Below the pieces are notes generated by a model that searched no databases, had not been told where the DNA came from, and saw only the letters and a program-made list of their open reading frames with translations. From contig JAAZMX010000034.1 in assembly GCA_012798565.1 (NCBI GenBank), positions 1 through 35,260 of the forward strand: DNA of 35,260 nt, read 5' to 3'. Positions 9,577 to 19,026 of the stretch are shown piece by piece. This DNA is from Candidatus Kuenenbacteria bacterium. GTDB taxonomy: Bacteria > Patescibacteriota > Patescibacteriia > UBA2196 > GWA2-42-15. Each line of letters begins with the position of its first letter. Positions within the stretch are counted from its first letter, which is position 1. The position numbers and the translations under genes were made by a program.

Positions 9577-10008
9577 TTAGTAAATTTGGCAGATAACTTC
9601 GCCGCCGATTTTTTCCTTACGCGCTTCACGGTCGCTCAAAAGTCCGCGCGAAGTGGAGATAATTGCGAGACCTTTACCATTGAGAACATAAGGGATATTT
9701 TCCTTATTGGCATAAACACGACGACCCGGTTTGCTGATTTTTTCCAGTTTGGATATTTTAGGACGCTGACCATCGGCGCTATAGCGTAAAACAATTTTAA
9801 TGGAAGCGAAACGGCCGGCAGTGGAGCCTTTTTTGATCAGTTTGCCGGTCAGGGCTTCAATTTTTTCTGCGCTTTGAAGCCAACCTTCCTTGACGAGAAG
9901 CTCTGTGATGTTCATTTTCAATTTGGAGTATGGCAAAACCACCTCGCTTTTTTTTATCATTTGAGCGTTTCTTATCCGAGTTAGCATGTCAGCGATAGGA
10001 TCGGTCAT
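9577..10008 (-). CDS. rpsH: 30S ribosomal protein S8
   Basis: MTDPIADMLTRIRNA, SKPGRRVY and GGEVIC. Confidence 0.98.
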   Translation of the reverse strand: MTDPIADMLTRIRNAQMIKKSEVVLPYSKLKMNITELLVKEGWLQSAEKIEALTGKLIKKGSTAGRFASIKIVLRYSADGQRPKISKLEKISKPGRRVYANKENIPYVLNGKGLAIISTSRGLLSDREARKEKIGGEVICQIY

Positions 10009-10039
10009 ATTTTACAATAAATCAGTTTAATAAATTTAA

Positions 10040-10225
10040 TTACCAGCTGGACTTGGTTACACCGGGGAGATCACCTTTATTGGCCAGTTCGCGAAAGCAG
10101 ATGCGGCAAAGGTTAAATTTTCTGAGATAGCCTTTATTGCGGCCGCAACGCCAACAGCGCCGGACAACTCGAGTGGAGTACAGCGGTTTCTTTTTACTTT
10201 TGGCAATTTGTGCTTGTGTAGCCAT
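10040..10225 (-). CDS. rpsN: 30S ribosomal protein S14 type Z (zinc-binding)
   Basis: 61 aa, CWRC...CRICFRELA...LPGVTKSSW. Confidence 0.97.
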   Translation of the reverse strand: MATQAQIAKSKKKPLYSTRVVRRCWRCGRNKGYLRKFNLCRICFRELANKGDLPGVTKSSW

Positions 10226-10239
10226 AAAATCTTTTCAGT

Positions 10240-10824
10240 TTATTGGTGTTTACTTTTTTTATCTTTTTTGCCTTCTCCGGGATCTTTTTCGGCAAAAGGA
10301 AAACCAAGATATTGGAACAGGGCCAAGCCCTCGCGACTACTCTTGGCGGTAGTGGACAAACAGACTTCCAGACCATGGATATTTTCCACTTCATCAGGGT
10401 TGATTTCCGGGAAAGCAAGGTGTTCCTTGAAACCGAGGGTGAGGTTGCCATTGATATCAATACTTTTTTTGCTCAAGCCACGGAAATCCCGAACTGAAGG
10501 CAGGGCAAGATTAATCAACTTATCAATAAACTCATACATGCGTTCACCGCGCAAGGTGACTTTGGCCCCGACAACCTGTCCTTCTCTGGTTTTGAAAGAA
10601 GAAATGGATTGTTTAGCTTTGGTCAAAACCGCTTTTTGACCACTGATGCGGGCTAGGGTTTTTTCCACCAATTCAATAAATTTAGTTTCGCCTTTGGCGC
10701 TAGGGATACCCACATTAAGAGTCAGCTTGGTGATTTTGGGGACAGCCATTTTGTTGACGTAACTAAAATCAGCTTCCAATTTGGGGACGACTTCGGTTTG
10801 ATATTTTTGATAAAGTCTATTCAT
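10240..10824 (-). CDS. rplE: 50S ribosomal protein L5
   Basis: KVTLRGERMYEF and RDFRG. Start placed at the ATG at 10824 (MNRL). Confidence 0.97.
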   Translation of the reverse strand: MNRLYQKYQTEVVPKLEADFSYVNKMAVPKITKLTLNVGIPSAKGETKFIELVEKTLARISGQKAVLTKAKQSISSFKTREGQVVGAKVTLRGERMYEFIDKLINLALPSVRDFRGLSKKSIDINGNLTLGFKEHLAFPEINPDEVENIHGLEVCLSTTAKSSREGLALFQYLGFPFAEKDPGEGKKDKKSKHQ

Positions 10825-10838
10825 AGGTTGATTAGGAT

Positions 10839-11186
10839 TTAGATGACCGCTTTGCATTTTTTGCAGATTCTTTGCTTGATAATTTTCTTTTTGGCGGTTT
10901 CATTTTGATTATTTATTTTTTGATAACCGACTTTGGCGGTTTGCCCACATTTGGAGCAGACAAGAGCGGCATTGGAGATATTCAGGGGATAAGGGAACAT
11001 AATGCGTTGCCCTTTCTCGCGCTCGTTTTTTGGACGGACATGTTTGTATTTCAGATTTAGGCCCTCAACGACTATGCGGGCTTTGGCCTGGGGATTTTTA
11101 GGGGCGATAACATGTAAAACTTTGCCGGTTTTGCCCCGGTCTTTGCCAGTGATTATTTTTACAGTATCATTGATTTTAATTTTCAT
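10839..11186 (-). CDS. rplX: 50S ribosomal protein L24
   Basis: KOW motif D.V.IITGKDRGKTGKV, plus CSKC/CKKC. Confidence 0.96.
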   Translation of the reverse strand: MKIKINDTVKIITGKDRGKTGKVLHVIAPKNPQAKARIVVEGLNLKYKHVRPKNEREKGQRIMFPYPLNISNAALVCSKCGQTAKVGYQKINNQNETAKKKIIKQRICKKCKAVI

Positions 11187-11195
11187 AAGGGTGGA

Positions 11196-11567
11196 TTATA
11201 AAACTTCAGGGGCCAAAGAAATAATCTTGGTAAAGCCCAGAGAACGTAATTCTCTGGCGACCGGGCCAAGGATGCGAGTGCCTTTGGGCTCTTTGTTTTT
11301 TTTGTCAATGAGAACAGCAGCATTATCATCGAAACGGATATAGATGCCGCTTGGCCGGCGGATTTCTTTTCTGGTGCGGACGATGACAGCGTGAGCAACC
11401 GTGCCTTTTTTTATTTGAGTGTGTGGCTCCGCTTCTTTGACAGCGACAGCAACGATATCACCCAGGCGGGCGTATCTTTTTTTGTAGCCACCAAAAACTC
11501 TAATCACCTGGAGTCTTTTGGCACCAGAATTATCCGCTACTTTAAGGATGGAACGATGTTGAACCAT
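11196..11567 (-). CDS. rplN: 50S ribosomal protein L14
   Basis: [17 protein letters not shown] and [10 protein letters not shown]. Confidence 0.98.
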   Translation of the reverse strand: MVQHRSILKVADNSGAKRLQVIRVFGGYKKRYARLGDIVAVAVKEAEPHTQIKKGTVAHAVIVRTRKEIRRPSGIYIRFDDNAAVLIDKKNKEPKGTRILGPVARELRSLGFTKIISLAPEVL

Positions 11568-11584
11568 AGGATTAGATCATTTAA

Positions 11585-11827
11585 TTAGGCGGATAAAACA
11601 CGCCATCTTTTATCTTTAGACAGGGGGCGGCATTCCATAAAGCTGACCTTGTCGCCGAGTTTATAAAGACCTTTTTCATTATGAACTTTGTATCTTTTAC
11701 TGGTTTTATAACGTTTCTGATATTTGGGGTGGATTTTAGTACGTTCAACCAAAACCACAATCGTTTTGGCCATTTTGATGGAAACCACTTGACCAGTTAA
11801 AATTCTTTTTTTGTTTGTCGTGGCCAT
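11585..11827 (-). CDS. rpsQ: 30S ribosomal protein S17
   Basis: GQVVS.KM.KTIVV, HPKY and ECRPLSKDKRW. Confidence 0.97.
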   Translation of the reverse strand: MATTNKKRILTGQVVSIKMAKTIVVLVERTKIHPKYQKRYKTSKRYKVHNEKGLYKLGDKVSFMECRPLSKDKRWRVLSA

Positions 11828-11834
11828 ATAATAA

Positions 11835-12041
11835 TTACTTGTCAGTTGATTGATTCTTCCGCGCTTGGTTTATAATTGTAGCCAACCGAGCAATGGCGCG
11901 GCGGTTATTTTTCAGTTCGTGGACTTTTTTTAACTGGCGCTGAGCGACCTTGAAGCGCATAACCCGAAAAAGCTCTCTTTTTTCAGCGAGCGATTTCTGT
12001 AATTCAGCCAGTGATTCTTTTTTTGTTTCCTGATTATTCAT
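11835..12041 (-). CDS. rpmC: 50S ribosomal protein L29
   Basis: EL...L...R.ELF..RF...RRAIARLATI between rplP and rpsQ. Start placed at the ATG at 12041. Confidence 0.9.
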   Translation of the reverse strand: MNNQETKKESLAELQKSLAEKRELFRVMRFKVAQRQLKKVHELKNNRRAIARLATIINQARKNQSTDK

Positions 12042-12045
12042 GTGA

Positions 12046-12456
12046 TTATTTTTTGACAAATTTAGTTTTGACGGATAATTTATGGCCGGCCATAATAAGG
12101 GCTTCCCGAGCTTGCTTTTCCGGAATACCAAACATTTCAAAGAGTATCATGCCGGGCAGGACAGAAAAAACATAGTGATCAACAGCACCTTTGCCTTTGC
12201 CCATGGGCACTTCAGACCCCTTCATGCTAACCGGCTTATCCGGGAAGATGCGAGTCCAGATTTTGCCGCCTTTTCTGATATATCTGACCAAGACGCGGCG
12301 GGCAGCTTCAATCTGACGAGCAGTAACCCAGCAGCTTTCGGTTGATTTTAGGCCATAGGTACCAAAGGAAACATCGGTCAAGCGTGAAGCTTTGACCCCG
12401 GAGGTGCCGGCTATTTTGTGCCATTTTCTGTGTTTTACTTTTTTGGGTGCCAACAT
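12046..12456 (-). CDS. rplP: 50S ribosomal protein L16
   Basis: MLAPKKVKHRK, RQIEAAR, IFPDKP and MGKGKG. Confidence 0.98.
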   Translation of the reverse strand: MLAPKKVKHRKWHKIAGTSGVKASRLTDVSFGTYGLKSTESCWVTARQIEAARRVLVRYIRKGGKIWTRIFPDKPVSMKGSEVPMGKGKGAVDHYVFSVLPGMILFEMFGIPEKQAREALIMAGHKLSVKTKFVKK

Positions 12457-12462
12457 AATTGC

Positions 12463-13119
12463 TTATTTATTATTTTCCTCAGTATTAAAGACGTCACCTT
12501 TATAGATCCAGACCTTGATGCCGATAGCGCCATAGGTAGTATGGGCAGCCAGACGAGCGTAGTCAATATCAGCTCTGAGGGTGTGCAGGGGGATTTTGCC
12601 TTCGGCTAGATTTTCACGTCGGGCGATTTCCGCTCCGCCCAAGCGGCCGGAACAGGTAATTTTGACGCCCTGACCGCCAGCTTTCATCACTTGCTCAATG
12701 TATTTTTTCATAGTTTTACGGTGCGGAATTCTTTTTTCCAGATCAAGGGCGATGTTTTGAGCGATGATTTTTGCGGAAAGATTGGGTTTGGACACTTCTT
12801 TGATATTGATTTGAATTTTAGCCTTATTAGTTCGGATAATTTTTTTGGCAATGTGATTTTTCAGTTCCTCAATAGACGCACCACCTTTGCCGATAATCAT
12901 GCCGGGTCGGGCGGTAAAAATATTAATTTCAAGAGCCTCAGCCGTCCGATCGATCAGGACACTGTCCACGCTCGCTTCTCTAAATTTTTTTTCCAGAAAT
13001 TTCCTAATCTTGACATCGTTTTCCAGTTTGGCAGCATAATTTTTGTGCGAATACCATTTGGAATTCCAAGTTTTGGTAGTACCGATGCGGAAAACTCGTG
13101 GATTAACTTTTTGTCCCAT
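12463..13119 (-). CDS. rpsC: 30S ribosomal protein S3
   Basis: MGQKVNP start at 13119, GRLGGAEIAR and PLHTLRADIDY. Confidence 0.98.
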   Translation of the reverse strand: MGQKVNPRVFRIGTTKTWNSKWYSHKNYAAKLENDVKIRKFLEKKFREASVDSVLIDRTAEALEINIFTARPGMIIGKGGASIEELKNHIAKKIIRTNKAKIQINIKEVSKPNLSAKIIAQNIALDLEKRIPHRKTMKKYIEQVMKAGGQGVKITCSGRLGGAEIARRENLAEGKIPLHTLRADIDYARLAAHTTYGAIGIKVWIYKGDVFNTEENNK

Positions 13120-13226
13120 ATATATATTAAAAATTAAGCCCGCCCAATTATCATCACCGGAGAATTTTATTTTCTGCATCGGCGGGTGCCCTAAGGGCAA
13201 AACTAAGAAAATGAATTAATAATTTA

Positions 13227-13787
13227 TTAGCCAGACTTGCGGCTGAAAAATCTTTTTTTGCCTTTTTGGGCCGGTGATTTTGGGCCTCTTTGCCCGTAAC
13301 CGGCCTCTTTTTCATGTTCATGCTCATGTTCGTGCTCGGTATCTTTTTCATCATCTAAAATTGATTGTTTAACGTCTGAGAGGGAGTTGACTATCTTGGC
13401 AGCGGGGAGTCGAGTTTCTTTTTCGTCGTGGCTGATTTTTTTATCAACAGTTGGTTTTAATTCGCCAAGAACAATGGTGATATGGGAGGTTTCTTTTCTA
13501 ATACCAGAGGCACGCCCAAAAGCGCGCGGTTTCCAACGTTTGAGAGCTGGGCCCATATCAACACGGATTTCTTGGATAAAAAGATTATCTTTTTTCATTT
13601 TAAAATTATGTTCAGCATTGGCGACAGCGGAATTCAGGAGTTTTAAAAGCGGAACCGCAGCATATTGCGGAGCAAATTTAAGCTTGGATTCAGCTTTCAA
13701 AACAGCTAAACCCCGAATGGCGTCAGCGACGAGGCGGACTTTTCTTGGTGATTGTCTAAGATATCTTAATTTAGCAAAGGCTTCCAT
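13227..13787 (-). CDS. rplV: 50S ribosomal protein L22 with long C-terminal extension
   Basis: SPRKVRLVAD, SAVANAEHN, PRAFGRA and SHITIVL, followed by about 75 extra aa including EHEHEHEHE. Confidence 0.97.
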   Translation of the reverse strand: MEAFAKLRYLRQSPRKVRLVADAIRGLAVLKAESKLKFAPQYAAVPLLKLLNSAVANAEHNFKMKKDNLFIQEIRVDMGPALKRWKPRAFGRASGIRKETSHITIVLGELKPTVDKKISHDEKETRLPAAKIVNSLSDVKQSILDDEKDTEHEHEHEHEKEAGYGQRGPKSPAQKGKKRFFSRKSG

Positions 13788-13792
13788 AGTGA

Positions 13793-14128
13793 TTATTTTT
13801 TAGATTCATTTTTGGCCGGAGCGGCAGCGGCAGTAGCTTTGGCAGCAGCAGCTTGTTCTTCCTCGCGCTGTTTTTTACCGCCATGCTTGATAAATTTTCG
13901 AGTCGGTGAGAATTCTCCCAATTTATGACCAACCATATTTTCCACCACAAAGACAGGGAGATGTTGTTTGCCATTGTGGACGCCAAAGGTAAAGCCGACC
14001 ATTTCTGGAGTAATCGTGCAGTCACGGGACCAAGTTTTGACTATGCCAAGATCGGCCGGTTTTTTGCCGGTGATTTTGGCTAATAGTTTGTGATCCACAT
14101 AAGGACCTTTTTTTAGTGAACGGCTCAT
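13793..14128 (-). CDS. rpsS: 30S ribosomal protein S19
   Basis: [17 protein letters not shown] and [13 protein letters not shown]. Confidence 0.98.
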   Translation of the reverse strand: MSRSLKKGPYVDHKLLAKITGKKPADLGIVKTWSRDCTITPEMVGFTFGVHNGKQHLPVFVVENMVGHKLGEFSPTRKFIKHGGKKQREEEQAAAAKATAAAAPAKNESKK

Positions 14129-14143
14129 AAGAATTTATAAAAA

Positions 14144-14995
14144 TTATTTGACTTTTTTGCGACTGGCGCGGCGGCGAGTAAGAATCATTTTATTGGACCA
14201 TTTTTTGGGTTTTCTGGTTTTAACACCAAGGGCGTGTTTGCCCCAAAGAGTTTTGGCATAAGGCATGCCGATGGGATGACGACCCTCGCCACCACCATGG
14301 GGGTGATCACAGGGATTCATCGCTTTGCCTCTAACGGTCGGCTTGATGCCACGGTGGCGGGAACGACCGGCTTTGCCGTATCTAACCAAGCCATGGTCAG
14401 GGTTGGAAACCTGGCCAATGGTGGCTAAACATTCTTTTTTGACCAAGCGAATTTCACCCGATGGCATTTTTAGTTGAGCGAATTTTCCTTCCACGGCTTG
14501 AACCAAGACGCCGTTACCGGCGGAACGGGCAATAATACCACCAGCGCCCGGTTCTAGCTCAATATTATGAATCATAATACCCAAAGGAATAAATTCCAGG
14601 GGCATACGATTGCCGATTTTAACATCTATTTTTTCTCGAGAAGACATAATCTGATCGCCGACTTTCAAGTTATTGGCGGCAATAATATATGATTTTTGGC
14701 CATGAGGATAAGTCAGAAGCGCTAGGCGGGCAGAACGGTTGGGGTCGTATTCAATAGCAGAAACAATGGCTGGCTGATCAAAATAATTTCTTTTAAAATC
14801 AACAACGCGAAGACGTCTTTTGGCTCCGCCGCCGCGATGACGGACGGTGATTTGGCCGCTATGGTTGCGTCCGCCAAGCTGCTTTCTAGGCAGGGTTAAT
14901 TTTTTTTCTGGTTTGTTTTTGGTCAAATCAGAAGAAGAGACCACGGAAGTGTGGCGTCTGGCGGGGGTAGTTGGTTTGTAAAGTTTAATAGCCAT
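14144..14995 (-). CDS. rplB: 50S ribosomal protein L2
   Basis: IEYDPNRSA, RSAG and VRGKAMNPCDHPHGGGEG. Confidence 0.99.
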   Translation of the reverse strand: MAIKLYKPTTPARRHTSVVSSSDLTKNKPEKKLTLPRKQLGGRNHSGQITVRHRGGGAKRRLRVVDFKRNYFDQPAIVSAIEYDPNRSARLALLTYPHGQKSYIIAANNLKVGDQIMSSREKIDVKIGNRMPLEFIPLGIMIHNIELEPGAGGIIARSAGNGVLVQAVEGKFAQLKMPSGEIRLVKKECLATIGQVSNPDHGLVRYGKAGRSRHRGIKPTVRGKAMNPCDHPHGGGEGRHPIGMPYAKTLWGKHALGVKTRKPKKWSNKMILTRRRASRKKVK

Positions 14996-15003
14996 AAGAT
15001 AAG

Positions 15004-15441
15004 TTAACCTTCATAAACATCAATTTTTTGGCCGGCGGGCAGGGTAATGATTGCTTTTTTCCAATTTTTTAGATAGCCGGTGGTGTTTTTGCCGGTACGC
15101 ACCTTTTTACCGCGTTGATTAGCAATCATTATTTTCGTCGGTTTGACATTGTAAATATCTTCAATCGCTTTTTTGATAGCGGTTTTGGTGGCGGATTTGG
15201 CAACAGAAAAAACATATTGATTATAAGCGCCGAGTAAGGAAGATTTTTCAGTGATGAGAGGATGAACCAGCTGGTGGTAGGCTAGACTATGGACGCGCAC
15301 CAGAGAAGATTTTTTGGATTTATTTTCTGTTTCACGATTTGGCTTGGAGGAATTATCGGTTGCAACCACAAAATCGTCAGCCTTTTGGGTGGTGGTCTCT
15401 TTTTTATTTTTTTCGTTTTTGCCTAAGCCGAATAAAGCCAT
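15004..15441 (-). CDS. rplW: 50S ribosomal protein L23 with N-terminal extension
   Basis: PLITEKS, YVFSV...ATK..IK.AIE and WKKAIITL, preceded by about 50 extra aa. Confidence 0.96.
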   Translation of the reverse strand: MALFGLGKNEKNKKETTTQKADDFVVATDNSSKPNRETENKSKKSSLVRVHSLAYHQLVHPLITEKSSLLGAYNQYVFSVAKSATKTAIKKAIEDIYNVKPTKIMIANQRGKKVRTGKNTTGYLKNWKKAIITLPAGQKIDVYEG

Positions 15442-15445
15442 ATGA

Positions 15446-16174
15446 TTAGTGGAGATAAGTTTTTTCGATTACGGACAAGCTGTCTTCAGATAAAAGCAGA
15501 TTTTTAGCATCAAGAATATCGATTACATTCAGGGAATTGGCCCCAAGCACTTTGACGCCCGGGATATTGCGGGCAACTCTGGAGACGGATTTGGTATTGG
15601 CGCCAGCGACAACCAAAAGAGAAAGTCGGTAATTTTTTAGGTCTTCTTTTCTGGTCGTGGTTGATTTTTTGGTTTTCTTTTCATCGTCGTCAGCGCTGGA
15701 TTTAGTTTTAGCTGAAGATAATCTGAGAGCGTCTTTCAAATTTAAAATTAATTGGGTAAAATTTTTAGTTTTCCATTCAGGCAGATTGAGCTCGTCAACT
15801 AAAATAAGAGCTTGGTCTTTGGCACGGTCAGTCAGACAGGAGAAAAGAGCTTGGCATTTCATTTTTTTATTAATCTTTTGAGAAAAATTACGGGTGTTTC
15901 TCGGACCAAAAGTGACGCCACCACCGACCCAGAGAGGAGAACGAGAGGAGCCATGGCGAGCACGGCCAGTGCCTTTTTGGCGCCAAGGTTTTTTGCCGCC
16001 CCCACGTACTTCATCTTTGGTTTTGGTATGGGCCAAGACTGGTCGAGCATTGGCCATTTGGGCGACGGCGGTTTGGTGAACAAGCTCGGGATTAATTTTC
16101 ACATCAAAGACAGCCGGATTGAGATTGACTTCTTTCACGACAGATCCAGATTGATTGTAGACTGGGTATGACAT
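15446..16174 (-). CDS. rplD: 50S ribosomal protein L4
   Basis: EVRGGGKKPWRQKGTGRARHGS and GGGVTFGP. Confidence 0.98.
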   Translation of the reverse strand: MSYPVYNQSGSVVKEVNLNPAVFDVKINPELVHQTAVAQMANARPVLAHTKTKDEVRGGGKKPWRQKGTGRARHGSSRSPLWVGGGVTFGPRNTRNFSQKINKKMKCQALFSCLTDRAKDQALILVDELNLPEWKTKNFTQLILNLKDALRLSSAKTKSSADDDEKKTKKSTTTRKEDLKNYRLSLLVVAGANTKSVSRVARNIPGVKVLGANSLNVIDILDAKNLLLSEDSLSVIEKTYLH

Positions 16175-16179
16175 AAAAA

Positions 16180-16899
16180 TTAAGCGTTTTGATTGTCAGT
16201 TGATTTGGGTGATTCGGCATTAGCCGCTTCAATCGTGGCTGGTTGCTGTTCTGTAGCAGTTGTGGCAGTTGGTTGAAGGACATTTAATTGACCAGGGCCG
16301 GAAATAATCAGCAGTCCGTTTTTGGCTCCAGGCACGGCACCTTTGACATAGAGCAAATTGGCGCTAGCGTCAATTTTGGCGATTGTTAAATTCTTTACAG
16401 AAACTTTTTCGGCGCCCATGTGGCCAGGCATGCGGACGCCGGGGAAAACGCGAGCTGGTTCGCAGGGACTAATCGAACCGGAAGTGCGGACCTGATCTTT
16501 GGTACCATGGGTTTTGTTGTGACCGTGAAAGCCATGTCTTTTGACGACACCCTGAAAACCTTTGCCTTTGGAAAAGCCAGTTATTTTTACTTTATCACCG
16601 ACAGCAAAAGCTTCCACGGAAATATTATCACCGGGATGCAAATCAACCAATTCATCAGTGCGGAATTCTTTTAAATATTGTAAATTACCGAAGCCACCAG
16701 TTTGACCAAGCTCTCTTTTTTTGAGCTTTTTAACACCAGGCAAACCCAAAAGAGCGGCGTTGTAACCGTCCGGACTGTCGGTCGTTTTAATTTTAACAAT
16801 CGGGCAAGGCTTGGCTTCGATAATCGTTACCGGGGTAACGTTGCCTTCGTCGGAAAAGATTTGGGTCATGCCTTTTTTAAGCCCTAGGATGAATTTCAT
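16180..16899 (-). CDS. rplC: 50S ribosomal protein L3
   Basis: K.GMTQIF, SKGKGFQGVVKRHGF, MPGHMG and VKGAVPG. Confidence 0.98.
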   Translation of the reverse strand: MKFILGLKKGMTQIFSDEGNVTPVTIIEAKPCPIVKIKTTDSPDGYNAALLGLPGVKKLKKRELGQTGGFGNLQYLKEFRTDELVDLHPGDNISVEAFAVGDKVKITGFSKGKGFQGVVKRHGFHGHNKTHGTKDQVRTSGSISPCEPARVFPGVRMPGHMGAEKVSVKNLTIAKIDASANLLYVKGAVPGAKNGLLIISGPGQLNVLQPTATTATEQQPATIEAANAESPKSTDNQNA

Positions 16900-17130
16900 A
16901 TTTTAGGCTAGTATAAAACAAAAATCCGGTCATAATAAACCAGATATAAAACATAAAATCGAGTCAGTTTTATAGTCTCTTATCTAATTTATTATTATCT
17001 CTTTCTACCTCGCCTTAAGAATCAGCAAATGGTTTCCCCAAACAGGGATCTTATTTGGTTTCCTAAACGATTTATTATTTTGTTATTTTAAATTACACTA
17101 AATGATGTTTTTTGTCAAATAGGACAAAAA

Positions 17131-17490
17131 TTACATTTTGATTTCGATATCTACACCACTTGGCAGAGCCAGATTGGTCAGGTCATTAATAGTCGTGCCT
17201 TTGGGGTCATAGATATCAATCAATCTTTTATGAACGCGCATCTCAAACTGTTCGCGGGAATCTTTGTGCACAAAAGTGGAGCGATTGACAGTGTATTTGG
17301 TCTTTTCGGTGGGCAGGGGTACCGGGCCCTTGATCTGGGCTTGGCTTCTTTTGGCAGTGTCAATGATAGTTTTGGTGGCCCGATCAATGATTTTATGATC
17401 AAAAGCTTTTACCTTGATTCTGATTTTTGGTTTGACATCCTCCTCGGTTGAGGTGGGCTTGATATTGTTTTTTTTGTTAACTTCGACCAT
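17131..17490 (-). CDS. rpsJ: 30S ribosomal protein S10
   Basis: [18 protein letters not shown] and [15 protein letters not shown]. Confidence 0.98.
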   Translation of the reverse strand: MVEVNKKNNIKPTSTEEDVKPKIRIKVKAFDHKIIDRATKTIIDTAKRSQAQIKGPVPLPTEKTKYTVNRSTFVHKDSREQFEMRVHKRLIDIYDPKGTTINDLTNLALPSGVDIEIKM

Positions 17491-17534
17491 ATGGGCTAAG
17501 AGCTTATGATAATTAGATAAATAAAATTTTTAAA

Positions 17535-17567
17535 CAATCAAACCCCGCTCTTCGCGAAGGGCGGGGT
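17535..17567 (-). terminator. Terminator-like hairpin after tuf
   Basis: Minus strand ACCCCGCCCTTC-GC-GAAGAGCGGGGT followed by TTGATTG. Confidence 0.65.
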
Positions 17568-17572
17568 GAAGA

Positions 17573-18775
17573 TTATTTAAGAATCTTGGTGATGGCACCG
17601 GCACCAACGGTCTTGCCGCCCTCGCGGATAGCAAAGCGTTGCTGTTCTTCCAGTGCGATCGGATGAATCAAAACGACTTTTAAAGTAATGGTGTCGCCAG
17701 GCATAACCATTTCCGTGCCTTCTGGCAGGATAACTTCACCAGTGACATCAGTAGTGCGGATATAAAACTGTGGTTTATAGCCCTTGAAAAATGGGGTATG
17801 ACGGCCACCTTCTTCTTTGCTCAAGATGTAAACCTGGCATTCGAATTCGGTATGTGGAGTAACAGAACCGGGTTTGGCTAAAACTTGGCCGCGCATAACA
17901 TCTTCTTTTCTGGTGCCACGGAGTAAAAGACCGGCGTTATCACCAGCTTGGCCTTCATCTAGCTGTTTGTTGAACATTTCAATACCGGTAACAACCGTTT
18001 TTTGGGTGTCTTTCAAACCGATTATTTCCATTTCTTCATTTAACTTGACGATGCCCCTTTCTATTCTACCTGTAACGACAGTGCCGCGACCTTCAATGGT
18101 AAAAATGTCTTCAACCGGCATCAAAAATGGCTTGTCAGTTGTTCTAATCGGATCGGGAATGTATTCATCCAATTTATTCAAAAGTTCCCCAATAGCTTTG
18201 AAATTCTCATCTTCCTTGTTGCCAGCTTGGGCGGCTTCCAGAGCTTTCAAGGCAGAGCCTCTGATGATAGGCGTAGTATCGCCAGGGAATTCATATTTTT
18301 TGAGCAGGTCACGGATTTCTTCTTCGACCAAGTCAATCAATTCTTTGTCATCAACCTGATCGACTTTATTCAAGAAAACAACGATGTAAGGCACGCCGAC
18401 CTGGTGGGCCAAGAGAATGTGTTCTCTGGTTTGGGGCATGGGGCCGTCAGCGGCGGAAACGACCAGAATGGATCCATCCATTTGGGCGGCGCCGGTGATC
18501 ATATTTTTGATATAATCAGCATGGCCAGGACAATCAATATGGGCATAATGTCTTTTGGCGGTTTCATACTCCACGTGAGTAGTAGCAATGGTAATACCAC
18601 GCTCTCTTTCTTCTGGAGAGTTGTCGATTTGGTCGACCGATTTGTCTTGAGCCGTACCGCCAGTCGCTTTGATATAAGAAAGGAGAGCAGCGGTCAAGGT
18701 TGTTTTGCCGTGATCAACGTGGCCGATAGTGCCAACATTGACATGAGGCTTGATTCTTTCAAATTTACCAGCCAT
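17573..18775 (-). CDS. tuf: Elongation factor Tu
   Basis: [21 protein letters not shown] and [13 protein letters not shown]. Start placed at the ATG at 18775 (MAGKFER). Confidence 0.99.
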   Translation of the reverse strand: MAGKFERIKPHVNVGTIGHVDHGKTTLTAALLSYIKATGGTAQDKSVDQIDNSPEERERGITIATTHVEYETAKRHYAHIDCPGHADYIKNMITGAAQMDGSILVVSAADGPMPQTREHILLAHQVGVPYIVVFLNKVDQVDDKELIDLVEEEIRDLLKKYEFPGDTTPIIRGSALKALEAAQAGNKEDENFKAIGELLNKLDEYIPDPIRTTDKPFLMPVEDIFTIEGRGTVVTGRIERGIVKLNEEMEIIGLKDTQKTVVTGIEMFNKQLDEGQAGDNAGLLLRGTRKEDVMRGQVLAKPGSVTPHTEFECQVYILSKEEGGRHTPFFKGYKPQFYIRTTDVTGEVILPEGTEMVMPGDTITLKVVLIHPIALEEQQRFAIREGGKTVGAGAITKILK

Positions 18776-18943
18776 AGTGTAGCCTATGAATTTTAGCGGC
18801 CCCAGTGCTGCCCCAGAGGGGAAAGTCAAGGGTTATATACCAGCCGCTAATATTAATTTATTAGTTATTTTTTCAAATATGCCCAACCTCAGAAAACCCA
18901 TGGTTTTCCGGGATGAACAGAATTTATTAGATTGGTTTGTTTT

Positions 18944-18973
18944 ATAGTATATCAATTTTTGGGAATATGTCAA
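18944..18973 (-). promoter_or_regulatory. Putative sigma70 promoter for tuf and the r-protein cluster
   Basis: Minus strand TTGACA (18973-18968) with TATACT (16-nt spacer) or TACTAT (18-nt spacer). Confidence 0.65.
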
Positions 18974-19026
18974 ATTGGAAATAATCAAGTTGCTTTGTTT
19001 GCTGTTTTGAGTTAAAATTGAGATAT

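Noticed and set aside
18830-19020. Replication origin at the gene-strand switch
   Set aside because: I saw no DnaA-box cluster or dnaA/dnaN. The + strand looks G-rich on both sides, and the gap is explained by divergent promoters.
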